Part shown: positions 12,641 through 24,678 of the stretch, piece after piece
How positions within the stretch are numbered: position 1 is the stretch's first letter
How the letters are laid out: each line of letters begins with the position of its first letter
NCBI RefSeq assembly: GCF_006345805.1
Contig: NW_021835739.1
Coordinates: 1 to 40,665, forward strand
Length of the DNA: 40,665 nucleotides
DNA from: Octopus sinensis
Taxonomy: Eukaryota
Reading direction: 5' to 3'
Program-made: the position numbers and the translations under genes
Notes under the pieces: model-generated
Database searches by the model: none
Told to the model about the DNA's origin: nothing
Seen by the model: the letters and a program-made list of their open reading frames with translations, nothing else

Positions 12641-14178
12641 TCTGTGTCATTTGAGCAATAAATCTATTCATTTCGATGTTGATTTTATATAACTATTTAA
12701 TTCTAAGCTTTTTGTTATACAATTTTAGTTTTAAAAACTCTAGCAAAAATAGTGCATAGTCAGATGATAGCGATTTCAGAATGAATGAATCTCACTTAAT
12801 TATGTTACAAGTGTAACCAGGCATGATATCACTGTGATAAACCTATTATATATCACTTTATATCTAGATTGTACCACCCAGTGGAGTAGAATTGTCGAAC
12901 ACTATACAGCCTACGAAATAATTAAAATGATTTCTAAATTGTATATATTTCTATCTTTGTAATTTCCTCTCTGTATTTTGGCCTTTGTGAACCTTAGCAG
13001 GATGTTGTACGTATAAGTGAATATTTTGCCTGAACCTAGGGTTACCTGTCTTTGACGAAGTATTTTGCAGTGGAACATCAACCGAATAAGTATTATGGGC
13101 CATTAACGTTCCAATATATGTTTTTGAACTCCTGTATCAGATTTATGTATTTAAATATTTATAAGAAACTTGGAGGCGCCTCAGGACAAATCTTTACGAC
13201 ATTATCTCTTTTTCATATTTCCCAAAGGTCAACTAAAACGAAAATAATGAAAAAAAAAACAGTATTTTACGCAAATATAAAATGTTTTCTGACAGAGGTA
13301 GACATACTAAAACACATTAAAAACCATAAAGTAGATCAAATTTGGAAAATGTACAAGAAATTACCATTTAATATAAACGTTAGGAAGATTTTCTTGTGCT
13401 TTAAACATTAAGTTCTTGTCAATTCGAGATTGCATTATTTGTACTCAATTTAGGTCATTTCAATTGATTTAACCTTTTAGTTTTATGTTTAAAATAAGTG
13501 AAACATCTTTTATTATGGAACACACTGTAAAGAAGATTGGAATTTTTGCATGGAAACAGTCTGGTTTGATGACTGGGGACTTGTATAAATACCGATGTAT
13601 AACTAAACCAGCTCATGTATAAATATGTGTGTGTGTGTTTGTGTGTGTGTCTATGTAACTAAACAATAATGTGAATGTAAGATGTGTAGAGGGCAATGTT
13701 GGGAGGCTAAAAACTTATAGTGATTTAAAATTGCTTTCGATTCGCTACGTCTAGTAAAAATAATCTGCACTTAACTATGTGTTTGACATGCAGAAAGCAC
13801 TTTTGATATATTTTCCAAAGTCAGTATTTTAGATTGCTTAACCAGTGAAATTTCTCTATAACGACACATGTCTTCTAAATTGCTATGTGGATCGGTAGAT
13901 TGTTATTAACACACACCGGCAGTCGTCACAGTAGTTCTTAAAGATCGAACCACACCCAACTGCATGGTTTCATTTCATTTACAAATGATTAACATTTTGG
14001 AAGTTCTCTCCCTTGCCCCTTGTGAAATTGATTTTCGTTAGCATTGATGAAATTTCGTCTCGTTACTGTTAATAACTTCAACCAATAAAAAAAAAATTGT
14101 TTCAGTACTTAAAATATAATAACCTCTCTCGCTTTCTCTCTCTCTTTGCCCACGCGCATACATATGTATATTCATTAC

Positions 14179-14283
<105 letters not shown>

Positions 14284-14437
14284 AGTTGAAATTTAAAGAA
14301 AAGCAAAAGACGAAGACGGGTGTGTAAACAACAAGCAGGTGTATTAGTTTGACGCTCGGAAAGGTAAGAAAGTCTTTTACGTTTCGAGCCTAAACTCTTC
14401 AACAGAAAGGAACACGAGGAAATAAACAGAGAGAGCA
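14284..14437 (-). mobile_element. Probable Penelope-like terminal repeat fragment containing a hammerhead motif
   Basis: First ~70 bp homologous to 36764-36838; ends against a microsatellite; contains the motif at 14374-14409. Confidence 0.55.
14374..14409 (-). ncRNA. Minimal type I hammerhead-like motif with variant core (CUGUUGA)
   Basis: CUUU-CUGUUGA-A-GAGU(UUAG)GCUC-GAAA-CG-U-A-AAAG: stem I CUUU/AAAG, stem II 4 bp with one G-U, GUA triplet; A6 is U. Confidence 0.45.
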
Positions 14438-14582
14438 TTTAAAAACAATCATTTGGAGTTAGCGGTTATACACATCCATGCGTGCGTATGCACGCACACA
14501 CATACACATCTATACATACGTCTGTTTGTGCGTACATGCAAATGTGTACGTTTACATATCTGTGTGTGTGAGCGCCTGCGTA

Positions 14583-14672
<90 letters not shown>

Positions 14673-14675
<3 letters not shown>

Positions 14676-15450
14676 GGTGCGGTGAATATATTGTCGTCTA
14701 AATTATGCAGAAATGAAAATAACACTGAGATCTCTTTTTAAAAGGTATATTTACCAAAACTACAGAAAAATATCTCGAAATACTAAACAGTAAATTTATT
14801 CAATAAAATCGCCATTGGCTTTAACCACTGCCTCCAGACGACTTCAGAATCTCTTGCAGTTCTTCTGGACGGTCTCCTTGTTTATGTTGGTGAATGGTGC
14901 CATAATCCTTGCCGCCAGTTCATCTTTGGTGTTACAAGGAGTTTTGCTGGTCTCTTGCTCAACTGCGCCTCACACATAATAATCAAGAGGGTTGCAGTCT
15001 GGGGAATTAGGCGGCCAGATGTTAGGGGTGGTGTCGTCGCAGAAATTGTCTGAAAGCCATGACTACTTGTATGGAATGGCGCAAAGTCCTGTTGCCAGAC
15101 ATAGGGTCTTCTAGCAGCCACCCTCTTGACCCAGGGTAGCACTACCTCCTCATGGCACTTGAAATAGGCCTCCATGTTGAGTCTGAGGCCATGTGAGAAG
15201 ATGAATGGAGGCACAACATCACCTCACTAGTCATCACTCCAAACACCATGATGTTGATTGGATGTTTGATTTTTATCACTGTCGGTACATGTCATCAAAT
15301 TCAGACCCAAACACTTTGAAATGTTTGTATTGGAGCTTCTGGCGCGAATGCCAAGCAGTACATCATGTCGTTTCTAAATTTCTTGCAGACGGTGCGAAAC
15401 TGAGCGAAATAAAAAATATAAAATGACGACAATTTACTCGTCGCACGCTG
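14673..15450 (-). mobile_element. Internally deleted maT-like Tc1/mariner element with both TIRs
   Basis: 26-bp imperfect TIRs 14673-14698 and 15425-15450, within (TA)n; minus strand MPPFIFSHGLRLN..RVAARRPYVWQQDFAPFHTS..IWPPNSPDCNPLDYYV..RLEAVVKANGDFIE*; disrupted. Confidence 0.9.
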
Positions 15451-15470
15451 TATATATATATATATATATA

Positions 15471-15616
15471 CTCTTTACTCTTTACTCTGTTACTTGTTTC
15501 AGTCAGTTGACTGCGGCCATGCTGGAGCACCACCTTTAGTCGAGCAAATCGACCCCGGGACTTATTCTTTGTAAGCCCAGTACTTATTCTATCAGTCTCT
15601 TTTGCCGAACCGCTAA
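15471..15616 (-). mobile_element. 5'-truncated SINE-like repeat with (AAGAGT)n tail
   Basis: 'ttacttgtttcagtcagttgactgcggccatgctggagc' shared with the tail of the SINE at 33587-33848. Confidence 0.65.
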
Positions 15617-15769
15617 ATATATATATATAAACCAGCTTAGAGAAGAAGAAACGAAATGAAACCAAACGAATCGAATCGAATCGACGCGAAGTCATACAAT
15701 AGTGTAATAAATAAAATATATGCATACTACAACATATATTACGTACCTACATCTACATGTATATATACA

Positions 15770-15857
<88 letters not shown>

Positions 15858-15861
15858 CGTG

Positions 15862-16070
15862 TGTACAGGACACCACAAATAGACGTAACTCAACGAGAAA
15901 CGAAAACGTAAAAACAGCATGGAACGGACCATTCCTTTAACAACGAAAAACAGAGTACAAGACAACTACACAAGGAACAATCCCTTCATCAGCCGTCCCT
16001 AGTTCAACTCCAGCGTGTTTCGAAGGTGAGGACAGAACACGTCTCGTCGAACTAATCCTTCCTGCGAAAG
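15862..16070 (-). mobile_element. Interspersed repeat, probable Penelope-like terminus (family shared with 20339-20536)
   Basis: Minus strand 'ttcgaaac..ctgatgaaggga..tctgttt..ttcgttgtt..ccatg..gtcctgtac' then (TA)n aligns by eye with 20339-20536. Confidence 0.5.
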
Positions 16071-16215
16071 AATTAAATAAAATTCCTTTGCAGAGGGATA
16101 AAAACAAGGAAAAGAAAATGTGACAAAAACAGGACGTAAAAAAAACCATACATTTAAAAACAAATACAAAATAAAAATACAATTACAAGAAATACAGTAC
16201 AAGAAGGAATATATA

Positions 16216-16247
<32 letters not shown>

Positions 16248-17432
16248 ACGCACATACTACACATATGCATACGAATATTCATATTCATACATATACAAGC
16301 ACACACACAATACACAATATATAACATCTAGATAGGTAGATAGATGGATAGACGGACAGATGTAAGTATAGACAAACAGAAAGTGATAGACGTGGTAAAT
16401 TTCGAACTTGTAACATTTTGAACAGAACGAGAAAACCTTCATTTGACTTCTAGAGATAGCGGCTACATTTTCTCAAAACACTGTCATTTTTAAAAGATGA
16501 GTCCACCGAATGCATGGTGTCGTCTAGAGAAATTTCTCAAAAAATGAAAGACTGATGGAATGGTATTGGTCACAATAGTGGCCATTATCGCCGAAAAAGG
16601 CCACTCACCCACCCGATTTGCTTAAAATAATATCACATGTCTTTGGTTTTTCTGTGGCTACTACAGGTACTTTACGCTCCTCCCACGTCTTTGCTCTTCT
16701 TCTCACCCATGTCTCTACGCTTAGGCCCTACCCTAGTCCTGACGCTAAGTCTCTTCCAGCTTCGGAATGTCAGTCCTGTGTAGTTCCCTTCTCTACCCAT
16801 GTTCTTTTCAGTCAACCGACAATTTATTGCTATCCAGGAGCGGCATTAATCGCCTAAATCTCGCCAATGCCAGACGAGCTGTGTAGACCACGGGGCGCTC
16901 CTCCTTTCACTAAACCAAACAAATACAGCACAAAACAATGCAAAAAAGAAATTGGGTCGACACGAGACAAAAGCAACAACAACAATAGCAATACCTATAA
17001 GTTGAGAAGAATTTCGGCATTGTGATTATTGGCTTTGTTATTCTGCTTTTAGTGATCAATACGGATTTCAATAGAGATTGTTCAATTGTATTAACGTTAT
17101 AATAGCACCAGCACAGCGACAATGCGTGCTAAGAGGGAGGAAGAGACGAAGAACGATGTACTTTGTACTAATCCTTTGAGTTTAATTGGCAGGACGCGAT
17201 TGACTAAACATGTTGAAGGAACAACGCGTCTTTCATAAAAGCCGCTCAACCGGACGACCTTTACATGGAGGTCACGGAACCCCTGTTGTTAAAGAGTCAT
17301 TAGACTGGTTACAAAGTGGAAATCCGTTCAGACATGCAATCACCTCATCAATTTAACTTGATACTCGGCGGAATACACGAGAAAGTGTTACAAACCCGCA
17401 GACAACAGGCACAAAACAATGTAATAATAATG

Positions 17433-17492
<60 letters not shown>

Positions 17493-17494
17493 GT

Positions 17495-17931
17495 GGTTTA
17501 AAATTTTCCACAAGGGTGGCAATTTTGGGGGAGGGGATGAACCGACCACATCGATCCCAGTGTTCGACTGGTACTTAATTTATCGAGCCCCGAAAGGATG
17601 AAAGGCAAAGTCGACTTCGGCGAGATTTGAACTCAGAACGTAACGGCAGACGAAATACCTATTTCTTTACTACCCACGAGGGGTTAAACACAGAGAGGAC
17701 AAACAAGGACAGACAAATGGATTAAGTCGATTACATCGACACCAGTATGTAACTGGTACTTATTTAATCGACCCCGAAAGGATGAAAGGCAAAGTCAACC
17801 TCGAATCGTTAGCACATCGGGCAAACTGCCTTAAAAGTATTGCGTCCGTCTTTCCGTGCCGAGTTCACATTCCACCATGGCCGACCTTTTTGGGGTCAAT
17901 AAGTTACCAATTGATCACTAAGGTCGATGCA
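17495..17931. mobile_element. Composite SINE (minus, 17495-17803) joined head-on to a plus-strand SINE (17803-17931)
   Basis: Same internal junction as 3163/3164 at 17659/17660; strand flips at 'cctcg|aatcgttagcac'. Confidence 0.8.
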
Positions 17932-18093
17932 AGACACCATAGAATAAGTACTAAACTTAAGTATTGGCGGTAGATTTGGTTCTTTCAAAGTTGATTGAAA
18001 TCAGAAAAATCTAAAATTTAAAATGTACACACACACACACACGCATATATGTATAGACATATATATACACACACGCATATATATACAAACATA

Positions 18094-18190
<97 letters not shown>

Positions 18191-18924
18191 TATATATATT
18201 ATATATATATATACATATATATCTTTGTGTGTGCGTGTACGCTTATTATTACAGGGTGGATGGTTAGATAAAAGATACAAAAGATACAAGGAAATTATCC
18301 ATAAATCTGTTCGCTTCCGAACAATCTCCATCATCTTAACCTACCTAAACACATGGGTTTGAAAAGATTAGCTTGCGTGAAAAATTGTGCTCTCACTGCA
18401 GCCAAATAGTTCTTGTGAACAACTGTCTGGGAAATTTGGCCAGATTAACATCATGGCATCGAAGTCTCGTTATCAGAAATGTTTAAATTATTGAAGATTT
18501 ATAATTTATGGCTCTGTTATTTTCCTAAATGGTCGATAAAGCTAATTTTTCGACTTTCCTGACGCCATTTTATGTTTTATATACAAAACTAGAAACCCAT
18601 TAGAAACGTTCTTTAATGTACTGGCATTTCATTTCATTTTATTTCATTTCTTTTTTTTTTACCTCTTGTATGAATGTTGTTATGTCTTCTTATTGTTAAT
18701 TGAAACTTTTAGCCATTGTTAGTAATATTTAGTCTTAGCTCAACATTTGAATTCTTTTCTTTGCTCAATAATTTTATCTTTGGACAATCGTTGTTTCTTA
18801 ATCGGTAGAAGCTTCTCTCCCTCCCTCCCTCCCTCCCTCCCTCCCTTCTTCCCTTCTTTCTTTCTGCATGTATGTATATAAGAACCACGAGTATATATAT
18901 CACTTTATTGTCTGTATCGTACGA

Positions 18925-19053
<129 letters not shown>

Positions 19054-19746
19054 ATATATATATACACACAATCTCGTCTCATCTCTATTAAATGCAGAAT
19101 TACCCAGGATTTCCATATTTCGTTGCTTCACACATCATTGCTGTATAAACCAGAGTATTAAATTAGTTAAATTTGATAAAGAACGAATGTTTTAAAGTTC
19201 TGAATTTTTAGCAGCAGTAGCAACAACAACAACAACAATGAGATCAGCGCCAACAGCAGCATATCGCTTGATTAGTTTCTTGCGTTTAATTGGGAAAGAT
19301 TTTTGATTTGATATATCTTAATCATTAGGTGGCAGTTTGAGTAAAAATAATGTAAACGTACAGCTCACTGCCGCCGCCATTGCTGCTGATGCTGCTGCTG
19401 CTGATGATTATAATGAGTATGATGATAATAGGGTTGTTTTCCTTTCAGCGTCCCTAGAAGTGAGGTGAAAATAATTAAAAGCCAAAAAGTAGTGACGTGA
19501 AAATAATGTCTTTGGAAAACAAAATTAAATATGGCCGGATTGAGTCCAGAGAACTGAAGACTTTCCAGTTTTTCATTTTGTTTCTTAAGAGTCATCGATG
19601 CGGGGGTAATGTATTGAGGAACAGAGAATATGTATGTTACTTCGGTAATCGCATAGGGACATGTGGACTAAAGGTGTGTGGCGGTACAGTTAAACTGGAT
19701 GCGGACGAGGGAAAGTACTTGAATGTAATGAATACAGCAACAGCTG

Positions 19747-19963
19747 AAGATGGCGCGCCGGCAAAATGAGCACAGCGGACGGAATGCTTCACGGCATTTC
19801 GTCTGTTCTTAAGTTCTGAGTTCAAATTCCGCCGAGGTCGACTTTACTTTTCATCCTTTTTGGGGGAGGGACGATTAAATAAATACCAGTTGTGCACTGG
19901 AGTCGATGTAATCGACTAAAGCCCTTCCCCAAGGTTGCTGACCTTGAGGCAAAATTTAAAACC
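19747..19963 (+). mobile_element. tRNA-derived SINE
   Basis: 'ttctgagttcaaattccgccgaggtcgacttt..gtcgatgtaatcgact..ccttgaggcaaaatttaaaacc'. Confidence 0.85.
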
Positions 19964-20338
19964 AATATGACAACAGCTGAATGTTATAAGCATGTCAATG
20001 CAAACGTTGGTGAAACTGTCGGGAATTTATTCCATCTTTTTTCTTGATTAAAACTGTATTTTATTAATAGAGTTGAAATCAATTCCTCCGTGATTTGAAA
20101 CACAACATATCTCTACTATAATTGAGAAAGCCGTTTATCAATTAGTGGGAATTATGCAACTTTATTTTCAGAAAGCAATCATTATATTTTACATTGTCTG
20201 ACATTTTTTTAAAATTCTAATTTTAATATATTTCTTTCAAAGATGTGGCACCTTGGACACGTGACTTCTACATTTGCTCAATTAAATAAAAGCCTTTTGA
20301 GTTGATTCTGAACCTGGAATGACTGTTTTAACGAAGTC

Positions 20339-20536
20339 ACGTCTTGTCCCTATATTCGAAACGCGGAGTAGATAAAACAGGGGACAACTGATGAAGGGAA
20401 TGATCTTTATGTTGCCTGTCTCGTTTCTCTGTTTGTTTCTTTCGTTGTTCGAAGACAAAAGTTCGTTTTCCATGTTTTTGTTTTTCATGTTCTCGTTTCT
20501 CATTTTGTTCACGGTTTTTTTGACGTCCTGTACCCA
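20339..20536 (+). mobile_element. Interspersed repeat, probable Penelope-like terminus
   Basis: Homologous to 15862-16070; ends 'gtcctgtaccc' then (AT)-rich repeat. Confidence 0.5.
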
Positions 20537-20648
20537 TATATGCATATATGCATGTATATGTACATATATTTTTGTATCTTTCAATACACCTCAACGCTTC
20601 TAAAAAACAAACTTTGTTTACTTTTATCGTGTGTATATATATATATTA

Positions 20649-20772
20649 TTGAAAATATGTGGAAAACATATATAAAAGGTGGAAGAGAAATGCCTTCGTT
20701 TCGCAGTTTAACATCTTTTTATAAATAATCTTTTTAAAAGCAATATATACATATTCTATGGATGTCGTGATA
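20649..20772 (+). repeat. Left arm of ~110-bp inverted repeat flanking the CR1
   Basis: 'ttgaaaatatgtggaaaacata..aaggtggaagagaaatgc.ttcgtttc..atctttttataaa..aatatatacat..atgtcgtgata' is the reverse complement, with indels, of 24432-24537. Confidence 0.85.
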
Positions 20773-20786
20773 TCCAATCGGTTTTC

Positions 20787-20818
20787 ACTATTTAAATTAT
20801 CATGACATCTATATATTT
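20787..20818 (+). repeat. Left target-site duplication of CR1 (32 bp)
   Basis: ACTATTTAAATTATCATGACATCTATATATTT; 31/32 identical to 24422-24453. Confidence 0.85.
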
Positions 20819-21476
20819 CGATGTGAGTTCATCTGGGGAGTGGTGCTCCCCCAAACCGAAGAAGAGGCAGTGCAGTTCCAAACCAGGCGGGAAAATTATG
20901 ACCACTAAACCCATTCCGATCGACCCCACAGGCCGACATAAGTTCGATGGCTATGAAACCACCCTTTCGAAATCTTCCAATGAAGAATCGAATACCGCAG
21001 CTCATAGTAGAGAACATTTTGCCCACTCAAGATCAGCAATAATTTATGGTAAAGCTGAATCCGACTGTGATACAGGCATAAACCGCCTAAAAGATGACAT
21101 TAATTTTGTTTCCATTTTAGTTGGAAAATTGTTCTCTGTGAACGAAAATGTCAGTGTCCATAAGGTCGCTCGGCTAGGAAGATTCCAAGCGAACCCAACC
21201 TCAGATACTAGACCACGCCCAATAAGGGTAATCTTCTCCTCCGATCGGGAGGCTTCAGTCTTTCTGAACAGAGCTCAGACGCATGCCTGGGAGGACCCCA
21301 ATGTGGGTTTTCGCGAGGAATACACACTAAGAGAGAGAATTCGCCGGAGAAACTTAATATCCGAGCTAAAGATGAGGAAACAAATGGGAGAGAAGGGTTT
21401 ACGAATCCAAGATGGACAGATAATCAAGTCCTACCTCTGGTCCCATGCTGTAGTGCTGACAGGGAAAGTGATGTGA
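20819..21476 (+). CDS. CR1 ORF1 (nucleic-acid-binding, RRM-like), 5'-truncated
   Basis: AIIYGKAES..VARLGR..RPRPIRVIF..EYTLRER..LISELKMR..GEKGLRI motifs typical of CR1/L2/Jockey ORF1. The ORF-track ATG at 20802 lies in the TSD, so it is host-derived. Confidence 0.8.
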
Positions 21477-24339
21477 GGGCAAATCGAAGTGAAGTTGATA
21501 ACCCCGTCAACGACGCTATCTCTGATACCCCTTATTCTGCTTGTTCCCCAACTCCCGCCCGTCAGACTTCACAGCTCAGCATCGTCTACACCAACTCGTG
21601 CTCCTTATTCCCAAAGTTCAGTGAACTATTTACACTGGCCATACGTGACTCCCCTGATGTGATAGCTATCACCGAGACTTGGCTGACTCCAGCAGTAAAG
21701 GACTCAGAAATCCACCTGCAGGGCTACGTCCTTTTCAGATGTGACAGAGGAAAAAGGCGAGGTGGAGGTGTTGCTGTGTATGTTAAGTCTGAGCACAAAC
21801 CGTCCAGCGGTATTCTACCCACTAATGCTCAACCTACAACAAAATTCGATGCCGTCTATTGCAAGCTGAGCCTATCTGAGTTTTGCCTGCCCGTGTTGGC
21901 TGTCTACAGGCCGCCTCTTGCCGACCCCCAGGACGATACTCATTTACTCGAAGCGATAAGATTCGTTTCAGCTTCGCATGAATGTTTGGTACTAGGAGAC
22001 TTCAACGCTCCCACGATCGATTGGCCCGCATCAATTTGTACAACATCTTCCCGTTTCGGCCAGGTCCTTCTTGACGTGGCTGAAGATTGTTTTCTATCGC
22101 AACATGTTGAATATCCGACAAGGCATCGGTCTGGGCAGCAGCCATCTATGCTAGATCTGGTATTCTCCCGCTATCCAAGATCAGTGTCAGACGTATCTGT
22201 GTGCGCCCCTCTTGCCAAGAGTGATCATGCGGTCCTGAAGTTCGTCATGCACACAACTTTTTCTACGCCCACGACTACTTCGCTGCCACGTAGAGTCTTC
22301 TCTGCAATTAATCTTGAAATTCTAACCGAGGCTTCCGCGCTTCTGGACTGGCGATCCCTGATGACGTTGTCCTCTGTTGACGAACTATGGTCATCCCTCA
22401 AAGCATATGTAATCTGTTTGACTGACCAGGCAGTTCCCGTTGGGCTTCCCAAGAAGAAGAAACACAAGCCCTGGGTAACGAAGAAGGTTAAACGAGAACG
22501 TCGATATTGCTTGGGCTGAATTCAAAAATCTGGATTCGACTGCAGCTTTTGAGGTGTACAAAACTCAACGAGACCGAGCCGTGAAAATTGAAAAGAGAGA
22601 ACGCTTCAGTTATGAATACAAAATCGCGGCAAATGCCAGTAGCAATCCAAAAACCTTCTTTGCCCATGTCCAGCGGAATTCCCGCTTGAACAACCAGATT
22701 GCAACGTTGGTAGACTCAACAGGCGTATCGATTGAGGACCCTTATCAACAAAGTCAATTATTTGCCGAGGCTTTTTCAACTATTTTCAAACAAGATGATG
22801 GTCGTGAACTCCCTCCATTTAATAGATCGGTACCTCCAATGCTTCGATTGGTCATCACGCGGGACGAAGTCAAACGTGTTATTCAAGGCCTCGATGTCAA
22901 CAAGAGTCACGGCCCTGACGGCATACACCCACAGGTTATCAAAGCGTTGGCTCCGGTCATCTGCGAGCCCTTAACACGACTATTCAATATGTCATTGGCG
23001 ACGGGTGTTATACCTGCAGACTGGAGAACAGCGATAATCTGCCCAATTTTCAAGAAAGGAGCCGCGAAGACCCGCTTAACTACCGACCGGTTTCCCTTAC
23101 ATCAATATCAATATGTTTCGAAACCATCCTTAAGAAAAGTATGATGCTCCACCTCCTAAACACAGCCTCTATCTCTGATTCCCAACACGGCTTCGTGCCG
23201 AAGAGATCATGCTTGACCAACTTACTAGTAATGGAAGAATTGGTGACGCGCATCCTTGATGATAGTGATATCGTTTTATTGGACTTTGCCAAAGCTTTTG
23301 ACTCGGTAAACCACCGCCTATTACTTGTCAAGCTTCAAGCATATAGTTTCCATCCGGATATTATACGATGGGTTGGTGCCTTCCTCTCAGATCGCTCCTT
23401 CCAAGTCCAAGTTAATGGTTCGCGGTCCGACGTCTCCAGTGCGAGCAGTGGCGTGCCTCAAGGTTCAGTGATTGGGCCCTTGTTGTTCTTAGTCTTCATA
23501 AATGACTTGCCCGACGACCTCACGCAACACACCCTTCTATTTGCCGACGATATCAAACTGGTCGCTCCTCGCGGTAATATAGAGGATCTTCGTCGATGCC
23601 TCCACCAAATTTGGGAGTGGTCTAACGATTGCGACCTGTGTCTGAACGTGTCAAAGTGCTGTCATCTGCCTGTCGGCTCTACTCCTGCAACTCAACTTGA
23701 TTTCGAGCCGGGTCGTCTGCTGCTGGAGAGGACCGATCAGGTAAAGGACCTGGGTATCTTGGTGGATTCCTCCTTTTCGCCTTCGGCCCAGTGCGTCCAT
23801 GCTGCCAATAAAGCACGCGGAATTCTGTTCTTGATTCGACGGTCATTCGGAATGCTCACAGCAGCCATATTCCTACCACTCTATGTCACGCTGGTGAGAC
23901 CCATATTGGAGTATGGGATTCAGGCCTCTTCTCCTTATCTCCTCAAAGACATACAGCATCTCGAAAGAGTCCAGAGGCTGGCTACCCGCATGGTTCATGG
24001 TCTCAAAAATTTGTCCTACGAAGAAAGGCTGAGGAGGCTCGACCTTTATTCTCTTGAAAAACGCCGCCGCCGTGGTGATCTCATTCTCGCCCACAACATT
24101 ATAAGCGAAAGTGTAACCTCTCGAAAGAGCTGTTCTTCACTCCTGCTCCAGAGCGTCGGCTGCGGGGTCATTCCGAAAAGCTCTACCTGCGACGATTTCA
24201 TCTCAATCGAAGGAGAGGAGCTTTCTCCGTCCGGGTTGCGGATCCGTGGAACAAGCTGCCAGACGAGATGGTGAAGATGCCGACGACCGCTTTGTTCAAA
24301 GCCTCCCTGGACCTCAAGTGGCCTGAACTCTTTACATGA
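21473..24339 (+). pseudogene. CR1 ORF2: AP endonuclease + reverse transcriptase, three 1-bp frameshifts
   Basis: APE: AITETWL, DR..RGGGVAVYVK, YRPP, GDFN, LDL, SDH. RT: GPDG, WRTA..PIFKKG, YRPVSLTS, QHGF, DFAKAFDSV, SGVPQGSVIGP, LFADD, KDLG. C-terminus RGHSEKL..FSVRVADPWNKLP..FKASLD; TGA 24337-24339. Frameshifts near 22500, 23061, 24108. Confidence 0.93.
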
Positions 24340-24359
24340 ACACCACCCTGTACTTAACT

Positions 24360-24377
24360 CCATGTCCCCCTACATGG
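24360..24377 (+). other. 3' UTR stem-loop of CR1
   Basis: CCATGT-(CCCCCT)-ACATGG, perfect 6-bp stem ~25 nt upstream of the tail; such hairpins are RT-recognition signals in CR1/L2-type LINEs. Confidence 0.55.
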
Positions 24378-24421
24378 CCTTGCTATTTGCTTTTGAGCCA
24401 AATTAACTAACTAACTAACTA

Positions 24422-24453
24422 ACTATTTAAATTATCATGACATGTATATATTT
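24422..24453 (+). repeat. Right target-site duplication of CR1 (32 bp)
   Basis: ACTATTTAAATTATCATGACATGTATATATTT; first 4 nt overlap the (TAAC)n tail. Confidence 0.85.
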
Positions 24454-24537
24454 AAAAAATTCTTTATAAAAAGATATGAAACTATGTGAAACGAAAGCAT
24501 TTCTCTTCCACTTTTTATGTTTTCCACATATTTTCAA
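24432..24537 (-). repeat. Right arm of inverted repeat flanking the CR1
   Basis: Reverse complement of 20649-20772; homology-free extension continues to (TA)n near 24593. Confidence 0.85.
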
Positions 24538-24632
24538 CTCATAATTTTGCCACATGGTGTATACTGAATCTCCAGTATTTTTGCTCTATTTATATATATA
24601 TATATTTCAGAGTAAGCACATAAATGGAAATA

Positions 24633-24678
24633 AGGTGGGAAAAAATAGTACTCGAATACCGGAGGTAGAGTAATATGC
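24633..24678 (+). repeat. Short interspersed repeat fragment (second copy at 36841-36887)
   Basis: 'aaggtgg.aaaa.atagtactcgaataccg.aggtagagtaatatgct' present twice. Confidence 0.7.

Larger units (their letters stand above)
20819..24425 (+). mobile_element. Near-full-length CR1-clade LINE, 5'-truncated
   Basis: ORF1 + APE-RT ORF2, short 3' UTR with stem-loop, (TAAC)n tail 24404-24425, bounded by 32-bp TSD. Confidence 0.95.

Noticed and set aside
18250-18600. TACAGGGTG start as a third mariner element
   Set aside because: No partner TIR or transposase motif found.
20802-20818. ATG at 20802 as CR1 ORF1 start
   Set aside because: It lies within the duplicated target site, so it is not element sequence.
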